From Anthoceros angustus (lineage: Eukaryota; Plantae; Anthocerotophyta): DNA of 64,000 nucleotides. Shown piece by piece: positions 13,544 to 25,656 of this stretch. The stretch is taken from positions 1 through 64,000 of the forward strand of contig VJWM01000197.1 in assembly GCA_010909165.1 (NCBI GenBank), read 5' to 3'. The notes under the pieces were generated by a model. It was not told the origin of the DNA. It searched no databases and saw nothing but the letters and a program-made list of their open reading frames with translations. The translations under genes were made by a program, and so were the position numbers. The stretch's first letter is position 1. Each line of letters starts with the position of its first letter.

Positions 13544-13798
13544 TGAAGATTTTATGTGAATTGAATTAATAAAACACAATTACATTATTGATTGAATTGA
13601 AAGATCAAATAAAAGAGTAACTTGCTTATGCTTAAAACAACCTAATTAAGATACCAAGTGTTACGCCCACTGTAAGAGTCACAACCCTACGAAAGGGTAC
13701 TAGGTGACTAGACCTAGTTTACACATCAGATAAGTTAACTAAACTAAGGTAACCTAACCCTAGCATGAGTCAACACATAAACAATAATTATTCCTTCA
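13544..13798 (-). repeat. 5' LTR of the Copia element
   Basis: TG...CA; only a handful of differences from 7163-7415. Confidence 0.95.
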
Positions 13799-14121
13799 GT
13801 GTTCTCATGTTATGTGCATCTGCTGCTTCTCTTAGTTCGCAATCACTTATGGACCCGTTCCATTGAGGCAATTGATGTCTTCAGTTTTCCTTGTTCCAAA
13901 GAAACAATGAAAAGGCGCCGGCCGGCCGATGCCCTCTCGCCGTTTTGATGTCTTTGTTGTGCGAATACGGTTTTTCTCAATACCTACTCGTTGGAACATG
14001 GTCGACCGTTCTTTAAAAAGAGCTAAAACGCATATTTCGGGACTGTGTGTAATGTGCTAAGAGGGTTTTCATTTCACGGAAGGGGGTTCGGATATTCACC
14101 CCCTTCACAAGATATCGTGTT

Positions 14122-14259
14122 CTAGAGATGCCATCACAGGGGGCGGCAGGGTATGAGCGTTGGGGATGCCGCTAGAAATGCCATCACAGGGGGTGTTAGG
14201 GTATGAGCGTTGGGGATGCCGCTAGAAATGCCATCACAGGGGGCGCTAGGGTGTGAGCG
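14122..14259. repeat. ~50-bp tandem repeat, ~2.8 copies
   Basis: Unit CTAGAAATGCCATCACAGGGGG...GGGTATGAGCGTTGGGGATGCCG. Confidence 0.85.
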
Positions 14260-16088
14260 CCAAGATTAATTCATATGTTGTCAAAGACGGTATCGTCACA
14301 GGGACCGCCGAGTGCTCGCTTTTTGTGGAGGTATGCTACCGGCGCTTGAATAGTACCATCGTTCATGCGCTTACACCGATTCTTAGATTGTCTAATTTTG
14401 TGGTCTAGTGAGTAATCCATAACTAGGGCCCGACATCATTGTCAAAAGGAAACTGGGCAAGTCATTGACATTTCAATTTTGATGAAGCTACTCCAAAATT
14501 TAGAAATGATCTCATGTGATTTGAGGGCATTTTAGTGAAAATACCTCCTACACACGGCGGTCATTTAGGAGTTAAGGAACTATGTGACCAATGAAATTTT
14601 ATTGAAGGAGAATTAAAAAGGTATTCAAGGGATAATGTGACCAATATGATGAATGTCTATTTAAAAGAGTCTATTTAAAAGTCTATTCCATTGAACTAGA
14701 AAAAAAAATTACTTTGGTTTGTGATACACTACAATATCCACCAAGTAATCTACAAGGGGCCAAGCAGTTGGGTAAGTACCTCATTGTGGGGAGCCCACTT
14801 CAGCCTTCGCAAAAAGAAAAAGGATAGTTAGTTGGGTAAGCACTCCATTATAGAGAGCCCACATGAGGCCAAGATCAGTTAGGGATATGCATCTAATTCT
14901 AATAATCAGCTTATTTTTGGGAGTTTCATTATTTAGAGAGTTTTTATGATCAAGTTATGGTCATGTTTCCTCTCACAAATTCCAGCGAATGTCAAATAAA
15001 TATGACAGGAGATTCCATTCCTGGTATATATAGTAACCACGTTATACGGGAAGACAATAAGCATGTCATCCTCAACCGTCTAGACTCGTCCGGACATGTT
15101 GCCTTTGCAACATGGGTGTGGAATCAAAAATCATTTTATCTTGTTCAACCCAATCTATAACAATATCATTAAAGATTTAGCATACTTTTTGAGTATGACG
15201 GTGTACCGTGAATTTTTTGAGAGTGACGGTATACCGTGAATGCCCTCCGCAAAGCTCAGATCTCTTTTAAGAGCCTATGAACCTCTTAAAAACCTAAATT
15301 AGTAAAAACTTTTTTAATGAAACTTAGGCCATTCTAATAAAACTAGGATTCTCCTGAATCTTAGAGATCAAAATTAAAAAGGATAAATAAGAACTCCACT
15401 CGCCATTAATAATAAACTAAGAAAGCTGTCAGGGAAAAAATAGTTTATCACCAAGGGATGCTCATATTTTTAATATAAGCATGAAAAAAAAAATTGTGTA
15501 CACCTAGAGACAATAATTTACTAGTTTACAATGGCTTCAAACAATATACGAGAGCCACAAGCCCTATAGTAACTATTCATTTATTACATTTAAAAGCATT
15601 AAGCTTGAAGAGATGCAGATGATGAGTTGAGAAGAAAGGTAGGTGGGCATAACTTTCCATGTAATAACTATCCGCAATCTAGCTTGATGATAAGGGGCTT
15701 GAGAGAGATAGAATTACATACATGTTTGTATGTAGCTTTCTAACTACTTCCTGTAGTCTACCAAAGTAAGCTTGTGAAGAGCGTGACGTTGAAGTACTTA
15801 AGGAAAGTTGTATTTCTTGCTTTTTATCATAAAGAAATAACAATCCTTGCTAGATAATTGAATTCTATCGTAAAGAATAGTAAAACCCATACATATTAGT
15901 TAAATTAGATGATTTGTTTTTTTTATCTTGCAACAATAAATTGCTACGAATTGTAAATCTTATAGTATTGAATGCTATAAGAATACAATATATTTATCTG
16001 AAGATTGATAAAGAATTAATGTTCATTGCCATGCTGTCAGTTCAAGAACCCCCAAACCACCAAATTGTAATGATTGCAAGTCTTGGTA

Positions 16089-16208
16089 GAAAATCATTTC
16101 TTCAAGGGAAGTGTTGCCACGAAGGTGTGAAAATCGTTTCTTAGAAGGAAGTGTTGTTACGAAGGTGTGAAAATTATTTCTTCAAAGGAAGTATTACCGT
16201 GAAGGTAT
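16089..16208. repeat. ~40-bp imperfect tandem repeat, 3 copies
   Basis: Unit approximately GAAAATCATTTCTTCAAGGGAAGTGTTGCCACGAAGGTGT. Confidence 0.75.
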
Positions 16209-16918
16209 ATGTTAAAGGCTACATATTATATATATCATCTAGATGATATTTACAACATCAAGATGACATAACCCGGATGGAGATAGATCTATCCGCATCC
16301 TACCGTTTTCGCTTTCGGCTGTGCTTTCTCTGCGATCTTTATCCCAGCTATATCCATCCCCTTCTCCTTGGCCTATTCCACGTCGAGCTAGGTACAAGAC
16401 AAAACACTCTCACACCTACACTAATGCACCCGTGCAAAGCAAACCCTCAAGACATACCGGAAGCGGGCCAGAAGTTCAGAACCATCTTGCTTGTTGCCTG
16501 TTATGAACGGAACGCGAGACGGTGGGCGGGATTAGATTATGGCATTCTAATAATCCTGCAGTTTCACCGTTTCCTGATTACAACGGAAATCATCCTTGAA
16601 AACCTTAGCCAGCATGTCTGAGGTCAGCACCATCCCAGCCTCACATATTTGAACAACATGCTCTGCCAATGGGATGTGCGTCTGCAGCTCTGCAGCAGCT
16701 CCGGTCCGTCGTTACCCATGTGAGCGAAGAGCTCGGGAAGCCACCGTGGGGTGACCGAATTTTGTGCTGATTTTGCCCACTTTTTTGGAACGTGGGTCGC
16801 TGGTTGCTCCTCAAGGCGGTGGCCTGTTGTGTGTCTCTTCGCACAAACTGCAGCGCACCGCCGCTCGAGCCTTCCGCCCGCTACAGGTCCCGAGCTGCTG
16901 CTGCTGCTGTTGGCAGAC

Positions 16919-18706
16919 ATGGCCAACCGGATGGCACGAATTGCAGCACATGTATCTCCTTCTCCAGGAGTACGTCCGGCCAATTCTGTGTGCTTTCGGT
17001 TGTCGGACTGGGTGCTTGTTTTGCGTGCTGATTTTGGCTTGCCTGTTTCGCAGCAAAGCCCAATTCTGAGTATGGAGAGCTGTCGATCCAAAGGGGCTGC
17101 TCCTGGATACAAGGTTGCCATTCTGGGGGCAGCAGGAGGCATCGGTCAGCCGCTGTCGTTGCTGCTCAAAGTGAACCCGCTGGTATCGGTGCTACATCTC
17201 TATGATGTCATGAACACTCCTGGCGTCACGGCCGATCTGAGCCACATCAACACCTCCACAGTGGTGGGCATTCTTTCCTCTACTACATGAACCGTGCTCT
17301 GGGCAATCGCTCATCGGCATGCATTTTCGTGGGTCAGGTTCGGGGTTTTATCGGACAAGACCAGCTGGGCGCTGCTCTTGCGGACATGGACTTGGTAGTC
17401 ATTCCAGCTGGAATTCCAAGGAAGCCTGGCATGTCCAGGGATGACTTGTTCAAGATCAACGCTGGGATCGTGAAGACACTTTGCGAGGGTGTGGCAAAGT
17501 ACTGTCCAAGGGCTATCGTGAATATCATCAGCAACCCTGTGAACTCCACAGTCCCCATAGCTGCCGAGGTGTTCAAGAAGGCTGGAACTTACGACTCCCG
17601 GCGTCTCTTTGGTGTGACTACCTTGGATGTAGTCAGGGCTAATACTTTTGTGGTGGGTCGAAATTCGCTCGCCGGTTTCCCCGTTGCTGGCTTGCCTCTC
17701 CTGGGTTGCTCCTCTTATTTTGTCCTCTGTGCAACGTCTTCTATCATCAGGCAGAAGTCATTGGATTGGATCCTAAGGAAGTCGATGTGCCAGTGGTGGG
17801 TGGGCATGCTGGCATCACCATTCTCCCTCTTCTTTCCCAGGTGACTTACTCCGCTGCCATGGTTCCTTCATGTGCTCTCTATCTGCTTTTCTCCTAGCGA
17901 GTTGCGGGTTCCTGATCTGTCCTGTCGCTTACAGGTGAAGCCACCAGTTTCTTTCAGCCCGGAGGAGATTGCATTTTTAACAAACAGGATACAAAATGGT
18001 GGCACAGAAGTTGTTGAGGTTTCCTGTCTTCTGACACCCGTGGATTCCTGTCATTCGCTTGTAAAATTTTCCTTTCTATCATTTATGTGCGAACTAACCC
18101 TGTCGCATAAATTCTAGGCCAAGGCAGGAACAGGCTCGGCAACCCTGTCCATGGTAAGCAATCTACTTGACCGATCAACCCCTGGGTATGTCAGTGGAAT
18201 TAGCTGTGATGGGTCTGCACCTAAGATGGCTCTCATCACCTTGATTTGCAGGCATACGCAGCTGCAAAGTTTGCGGAATCGTGTCTTCGGGCCTTGCGTG
18301 GAGAGGCTGGGGTCGTCGAGTGTGCATTTGTCGATTCCAAGGTGGCTAGCTGTCCTGTTTCGTAAAACCAGAGACTATAATAAGCTGTGTCGCAGCTAAC
18401 CTGTAGGCCTTTGCTCGTGTGCTGTGCAGGTTACGGGTCTACCCTTCTTTGCATCGAAAGTAAAACTGGGTCGGAATGGTTTGGAGGAATTTTTGCCTCT
18501 AGGCCCTCTAACCGAATTCGAGAGGTACTTTTTTTCAACTCTCAATATCTGAAAACAAGACGCATTGTAGCCGCTAGACCGATGATCCTTGTCATGTGTC
18601 TGCGTATTGGCTTTACGGATGCAGAAATGCACTGGAGGGAGCGGATAAGGAATTGCGTGAGAGCATCCAGAAAGGTGTCAGCTTTGTTCACGGCTCTCCC
18701 AAATAG
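16919..18706 (+). CDS. PMDH: Peroxisomal/glyoxysomal NAD-malate dehydrogenase, 9 exons (16919-16969, 17054-17263, 17338-17652, 17751-17840, 17935-18018, 18118-18153, 18252-18341, 18430-18524, 18625-18706)
   Basis: N-terminal PTS2-like RMARIAAHV, then [70 protein letters not shown]. All introns are GT-AG and keep the frame. Confidence 0.95.
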
Positions 18707-19404
18707 AGACAACTGTAGGACAACTGTTCATAGCGTATTAGGAATGAGGGAATCAGCTCTGCTAATCTACATCAAAAAGTGCTACTGTTACTGAAGATCT
18801 ACGATATGCTCGTGTCCCAACTCGGCCGCGGATGCTACCAAACCCGGCGAACAAGCCACGTTTTAGTTATAATCGCAGTTCTGTACATATCACGAAAAGG
18901 GTTAAGTGAGATTGTCCAGCAGTCCATACGCCACCGAATGTCCTACTAAAAAGCAACTACCACCTGCTCTGCAACTCAGACCCACGAGGCAACGACTCGT
19001 TTCCGCATGCATATTGCAGGATATTACAGAGGTCAAGCTACTCCTCCCAATCCCTAGAAACAACCAACTCCTAGTAATTCACGACAGCATAAACCAACAG
19101 AAGGACCGCCTGCATATATGCAAAACCGCTAGGCTGGGATACACTTTTGGCCCCACAAGTTTCCATGACCAAAACCCAAAACCCAACGTGGCGGCGCTAC
19201 CTTCCACCAAAACCTCGAGCTCCAAGAATTGATTGTGTGAATCTAATACAAAGTAGAAAGATTCCACACTCCAAAGAGATGAGCCTGACCAGGTGAGCTC
19301 CAGAGTAACCCAGTCCAGTAGACAGGTCTCCTGAGCAAGCTGCTAACCTTCACAATCAGCAACATCGTTGATCTCTCCTGCCTGGCTCTGCCAGAAGTAG
19401 ATAC

Positions 19405-20958
19405 TCACTCTGCTGTCCAGCTCTGCTCCACAATCTCACGTACCCTCCGGTTATATTCTCTCCGGTTTTCACTGTACATCCGGGCAGCTTCAGAGTTCGC
19501 AGGCGAGTTGGGGTTTGGATCACACAGAAGTGACTGCAGGAAAGACAGATGTCAGGATACCATTTGGCCCACTAAATTCAGCTCAAATTTGTCTTGCAAA
19601 GACATTCAAACAAAAGAGCAGCAAAAAGATGCAATTAAAAGTATCAGGTGGAAACAACTAACAGGACAAGGAGCTGCAGCAATGAACATCACACCATCAC
19701 ATATGCAAGACCGACCTGGATGGAGGTCAGTATAGCTGCAACATCATAAATCGGGCTCCACTGATTTTGCAAGATATCCAGACAAATGCTTCCATCTGCG
19801 TAGACTGTCCAACGGGTACACAGAGATTCAACATGTTTAGAATCAACATCATCCACATCGAAACAAGAAAAAGGCATAATGCAAAAGAACAGTCTTCAAC
19901 AACCAACGTAGTCATCAGAGAGCATCTCCCAAGATCATGTTAAGGAGGTGCTGACAAAACACTGGGTTGCATCGGTTGGACACATATACATCCAAACACA
20001 CCAGTTCCTCTAACAAAAACTCCCAGTCTAAAGCCACTTCCCAACATGATGCAACCGAGCATATAGCTACATCAACCAACATCAAAGTGGTGAAGGATCA
20101 CATTCCTCAGTCCTGCACTCTATGAACTGATGCCAAAGGCGTAAGCACGTACAGCCACAGGTTGTCCACACATAATCAACGAGAGATTGGACTGAATTCC
20201 GGGAACTCACTATTAGGGTGGAACATCTTGGAAACAAAGCGCACTGTGGGAGGCTTGTTAGGGTAGTCCTCTGTGAACTGCAACGTCAACTTAAACGTTC
20301 CTGCAAGTAAGCACCACCGCACACAGGAGTCGTCAGAAAAAAAGACAGCAGAGACGCGTAGAATGCCGAGGTCAGACAACAAAAGTTCCTTGACGATTAT
20401 CTCACACCACTCACCGCCATCCCAAGGAGTGTCATCAGGCCTGCAAAACCAAACCAACACAGGATAGCTCAGGAATGGAACCGAATGCGTCGCGGTAAGT
20501 GACCGGGACCAGTATACCAATCCCCCAGCATAAGAGCAACTCCAAAGAGCCATGGACAAACGCTGCTAAGACTTGCCATCGGCATAGACTTAACGGCCAC
20601 GTTCCACAAAACCACGTTGGATGGTCTATACGGAGCACTGCTGCGACATAACAACTACTCCGGCTGGCAGCGTGCACGGGACATAAGTGACTCGCACCCC
20701 CGCTCTCTCTCTCTCTTTCTTGCACACATCTCAGGACAAGAGCAGCTACGGTGCACGAATCTGACAAGCGATGCATGCGGGACAACCTCCTGCAGCCAAG
20801 CACGCAGGCGGCAACTACCAGCGGCGCACTCACCCGAAGATGACGGCATTCCAGAGCATGATGTTGTTATCCTGCGGTGCGCCACTGATGCCGGCCGGCG
20901 GATCATGCTGCAGCCGCTTGAAGTCCCGCATCAGACGCTTCCTCGACGGCGTCGACAT
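19405..20958 (-). CDS. UBC2: Ubiquitin-conjugating enzyme E2, RAD6/UBC1-2 type, 152 aa, 5 exons (20958-20834, 20440-20415, 20300-20211, 19804-19716, 19533-19405)
   Basis: [23 protein letters not shown]...[13 protein letters not shown]...[22 protein letters not shown]...[15 protein letters not shown]...EQSWTAE*. Exons sum to 459 nt and the catalytic Cys is present. Confidence 0.97.
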
Positions 20959-22933
20959 GACCTCCTCCGCGCCTCGACTTCTCCCGGGGGACGGGCCCTG
21001 CTTATCTGCTGCTGCTGCGCTTTCCCTCCGCTAACCTACCGACGGCTGCGCTTCCCTTGGCCCGGCTGCGCAGAGACGAAGCGCAGAAACGTGAGCGGCC
21101 GGGCGGCGGCGGCTACGCCATGCTGATCCTGCAGGCCTGAGCGGCGGGAAGCAGGAGGCGGACGGAGAAGAAGTGACGAAGAAGAGGGCCAAGAGAAAGC
21201 ACGCGGTGCATGCTCGGTATGCTGCTTGCCCTGCCCTTCAGCGTCTGCTTGGGCCGTACGCACCCTCGCCTGCTGCGGCTGGAGATGACCGGCGAGAGGT
21301 CCACCAACAAATGCACAATTTCTCGCTCTCTAAATACATGAAGCTTTTTCATCCTTTCGCAAGGTTTAGGTAGAGAAAAACTGCGTTGCAGAGAAATTAC
21401 GGCAATTTTTTTACTAACGCCATCAACAATAATTTCCACACTCCAGGAGAAGATGAACAGGGACTGGCCAGCGTTAGTAGGTCTTCCAACAAAGGACGTA
21501 CCACCAAAGTATCCAGAAAGTCGGCCTGCTATCCCAACCGTATGGGGTTTTACTATTCTATAGTCTCTCTAGAAAGCAAAGAACAAAAGTGTAACTCTCA
21601 CTAGTTTCATACATGCATATATATTATATATTTAATATTATTTTACATCTATTATGGGTATTTTGTATGGAATACCGATCTGGTCACACGGGAGCATGTG
21701 TGTGACTTTCTTTTTTATCGGTGTACGTTACGGGAATATGCCATGGCATCTTTTAGATACTTGTATACAATACACATATAATACGTGCCACATCAGCTTC
21801 TGTACGTTCGTACGTGGGCAAAAAACTTTCTATCACACGTTCATAGGCCTGGTGTTCCCATTGTGTCATGCAGATGTTTTCTCTAGGGTTTCGGTCCCAT
21901 CAACACACATACATGTTAAACATGCGGGCAAGACATACATACACAAATTTTAGTTATATGGCTGCAGCACGGTTCCCATATGCTCAAGGCCTCGATCTCG
22001 CGGTCTCGCTTTCGCCTCGCTCTCGCTCTCGCATTTGTCTAGCGCCCTCGCTCTCGCATCTGTATGGCGCGACCATCGGTAGAATATGCATGCTCACAAT
22101 CGAGACAGATTCGGCAGCGGGATATGATGACATGGATATGCCATATAGTCCAGTAGGCCCTTTGAACTGTACGCTTGTGCACTGCAAGCTTTTTTGGGTG
22201 CAAGCATTGTATGTGTGCGACTGTTTTCATGGAAGCCCTTCTCTGGTCCTTCCGTACAAGCTTGTTTCGGTAGTTGGTGCTATGTGAACCGCACTCGTAG
22301 GCGCAGCCTAGGAACGTTAGCCTCAGAGTGCTAAACACCGCAATTTGCACCTAAAAGCAAACGCACTGCCGCCACAAACATGATGATGATCGCAACGCAA
22401 ACGCAATTGCATACGGTAAGCACAGCGCTAAGGCAACCGCTGACAACCCTAACAAATTGTGGATGCCGCGGTCGCGGACATGGCATATTGCGTGCCGCAA
22501 TGGCGCGGCAATGCAAATGACCTCAACACAACCCTAACCCCAAAAGAAGAAAAGTTTCTGTGTGTCATGGAATCATTTTGTGTATCATGGGGTAGGTTGA
22601 CCACATCGGGACCTTGGACCCCACCTACTCGGAGTTGAAATCGCACAGAAGGAAAACCACCGAAGGCAGATCCCAGCCTATTGCTGCAGCCCCTATGTCA
22701 TACATATTTTACGATCTTCTCACCAAGTCACGAAAGGTAAACTAATATCATTCTTAACTCGAGAGCATATCAATTTAGAACTCTTCTTAGTTTGCTCACT
22801 TAAAACTTAAGTAGAGTAGCTCTTTGCGGCCTTCGTGGCAGGTCTTTTGGCCTTCCTTGTTCTTCTGAGGGAGTTCCTTGTGGAAGTTTTGTCTTCGCAG
22901 CTTCAGGTCTTTTGGTCTTCCTCATTCTTCATA

Positions 22934-23080
22934 GGGGAAATTTCTTGTAGAGTTTTCATATTTGCCCATTTGAATTAAGCCGGGGGAAATTTCTTGTAGA
23001 GTTTTCATATTTGCCCATTTGAATTAAGCCGGGGGAAATTTCTTGTAGAGTTTTCATATTTGCCCATTTGAATAAAGCCG
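22934..23080. repeat. 49-bp tandem repeat, 3 copies
   Basis: GGGGAAATTTCTTGTAGAGTTTTCATATTTGCCCATTTGAATTAAGCCG repeated almost perfectly. Confidence 0.92.
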
Positions 23081-23664
23081 CCCTTGCAGGTTTGTCTTGT
23101 TATATCTTTCTTTGATGTGAACTTCATTCATGATATATATATATTTTATATCTTATGGAGTTGAGATTGGACTAAAAGATTTTCTTAACTAGTTACTTTA
23201 AAAGGACTTAGTTCACAGGAATTATATATATTTTATATCTTCAGGAGTTGAGATTGGAATAAAGGATTTTCATAACTAGTTTGACGTTTCCCTGCTGCCT
23301 ATTATATGATCATATGAAGGTCCTTTCATCTCCTTCTAGGTGCTTACAAATGTGTGGTATGATTACCAGTCTATTATTCACAGTCTCATTCCAAAGTATT
23401 CTAAAGGAGATGGGTTACATATAAAAAATAATCCAGTCTATTATTCACAGTCTTGTTCCAAAGTACCTATTCTAAGGGAGATGGGTTACATATCAAAAAT
23501 AGTATTATTAATTATTTATAAATTTATGCCATCCTTGCGATCAGACGTTCAATTTGCTAGCTCAACCTTCTGGAATTTTAGTGCTTTGATCGTTTTGTGA
23601 GACCTTCGTGCTTTCATCTTATTCTCGGAACGCAAAGACGCCCGGGATGGTTATGCACCACAAT

Positions 23665-23760
23665 CCGCACGCCCACGGGTTTCGAACCCGTGATCGCGGC
23701 CGTACCACAACTCAGTGTGTCCCGGCGCAGAGTTTACTGCCTTGGCCTTCCAACTGCCGC
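23665..23760 (-). other. tRNA-like fragment (perfect T-arm/B-box hairpin); possibly a SINE head or tRNA relic
   Basis: Minus strand CACGGG-TTCGAAA-CCCGTG; no complete cloverleaf could be folded. Confidence 0.3.
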
Positions 23761-25656
23761 CCTTGGCTGTGAGAAAGTCACAGAAGATATTTTCCTGGTT
23801 GCAGGATTGCTGCAGCCTTACGTGGGCAGAGAGGGCCACAGTGCATGGCATAATCACTTGCTGGAATGTCTTCCCTAAGCCTGGCTGTGGGTGCCTTTGC
23901 AGCTGTGGGTGCCTTTGCAACGATGAGTGCAGCACAGTTCAGCCTGGTGTAGGGGCTGCATGCCATGGAGTTCCTCATCTGCGCACCACAGGAGAATACC
24001 TACAGCTGCAGAAGGAAGCGATGTGGCCAGGTTCGAACCAAGCAGGACATGTCTGGGTGGTTGTAGATACAGTAGTGTCGAGGAGCTGCTGTCCCCTTAG
24101 ACCTGTAACAGTGAAGTAGGAGAGGGCACTGCAATCGCAAAAAGTGGTGTCCGATGCACCTTTGGTAGGAAGTCAAGTTCTAGGCAATCGTTCAATTTTT
24201 GGCCCATGCAGCTTTTCGGGATTCATGACCAACCAGAGCTCCCCGAGCTGAGCAACTCGTTGGAGAAGCTCATGGCCATAGGGTGAGGGTCGGGATGGTC
24301 AAAGAGTGTGCCCGACCAAATTATGGCCCTCTCAGCTTTTCGGGATGCATGACCACGGCCACACTCTGTGAGTATCTCTACCCTTACCCACCCTCCTTGG
24401 TTCTGCAGGAAGTCATCGGAGATGCTCATACAAAGGGGGGCGATAATTTTTAGCGCTCATCACACCACCTTCCTGTTGATCGGCAATTTCAATTTGTGGT
24501 CTTTAGGCAGGTGTGATGACAACCTGAACTCCAGGACACTATCTTATTATCCTACCAACTTGAAGGAGCTGGCACTTGTCGTCGAGGTCTAGCACGGTCC
24601 TCTCAAAATATGCATGGTCATATCTACTGCATATGATGATCCTTCAGTGACAAAAGTGATCGGCATTAATGACCCTTGTCCAATGATCTCAACATGCGAA
24701 CTAGGTATACATGCGTTGAACAAAGTTATGCCAGTTTGCGCGATGCGTTTTTGCCTGGTTTCCCAAGCAGATATCTGCCTGTACGGTGTACATGCTAAGC
24801 TGGCCAGTGAACTGTATGAGTCAAGCTGCAGGTCTTGTAAGTGTCAAGCCAGCATCCCAGAGGTGTGTTTGCGTTGTCTGGTTAGACATTCTGCTTACCT
24901 GTGGATGGGCCACTTTAGGGGTGAGCGGTGAGCAGACTTGAAACCTACATGCCTGTGCAGGTGCCCGACTGATGTCGCAAACTTGGGCCTCATTCCAAGG
25001 TGATCTGAATGTTGGTACACATGTGCGATGTGAGGGTGGAGATACTCACAGAGTGTGCCCGTGGCCTGAAGTGGAACCTTCCCATGGTTCCACCCAGCAG
25101 GCCGCATGTAGAAAGAATCCTTCCTTCACCTGCACATACGTCACACGAATTGCTTCTCGATAGGGACCAGCGTCTGGTATTGTTACGGTTGGACGGGTTG
25201 CTCTTGAAATGCTCAACACGTGAAGTTACTCGTTGCGTGTGCTACCGATTTTGTCAAGACAAAATGAGAAGACTGAAGTCTTACGCCCTGCAATCTACGG
25301 CACCGCTTGAAGCAAGGAAGCTGCATTGGCTTTTATTCACCCTCCCAACAGGATTGCCTCTGAGAATGTAGAAGAGGGAAGTTTCGAAGGCGGAGGAGGA
25401 GCTCTTGGAAACTGTCAAGAATCTATCTGCTTCGACTGGCACGAGCGACTCATCGGACTCCTCACAAGGTCACACGATTTTGAGGTTTCTGTCTAGTCCC
25501 AATGCGGTAGGCCATCTGCCATGCTTGTGTGAAAAATTCTAGAGCTTGGTGGGCCGCAGCAACGGCGGGGAGCCCTCCAACGTTGCAAGCCTGTCCTGTA
25601 GACTACTTTCAACTCTGCAATTGTGGTTGCTTGCAACGGGAAGCCAAGGTTCGGCC

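Larger units (their letters stand above)
7163..13798 (-). mobile_element. Full-length Ty1/Copia LTR retrotransposon with frameshifted gag-pol
   Basis: Paired TG...CA LTRs at 7163-7415 and 13544-13798; 5-bp TSD GTGTT at 7158-7162 and 13799-13803. Minus-strand domain order: gag zinc knuckle (CKRTGHWEKKC), protease (WYLDHGALH), LWHARLGH, integrase (VDLCGP, YFLTFTDDKSR, LRSDNGGEF), RT (FDVKAAFLHG, FKMSDLG), RNase H (RTKHV). Confidence 0.95.

Noticed and set aside
13860-13960. Plus-strand SVFLVPKK resembling a Gypsy RT N-terminus
   Set aside because: Only a few residues, followed by a stop, and on the opposite strand to the neighbouring Gypsy; too weak to call
16751-16918. N-terminal extension of MDH in the ORF track
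   Set aside because: GTG start running through a probable 5'-UTR intron; ATG 16919 places the PTS2 at the expected position
22934-23080. CRISPR-like array (also considered for 14122-14259 and 60764-61070)
   Set aside because: Head-to-tail tandem repeats with no unique spacers, no cas genes, eukaryotic context
25546-25656. ORF-track start of RLK A at 25546 (and of C at 38876)
   Set aside because: Non-ATG starts; the paralogue-conserved ATG is MAGGDA at 25657, 29989 and 38209
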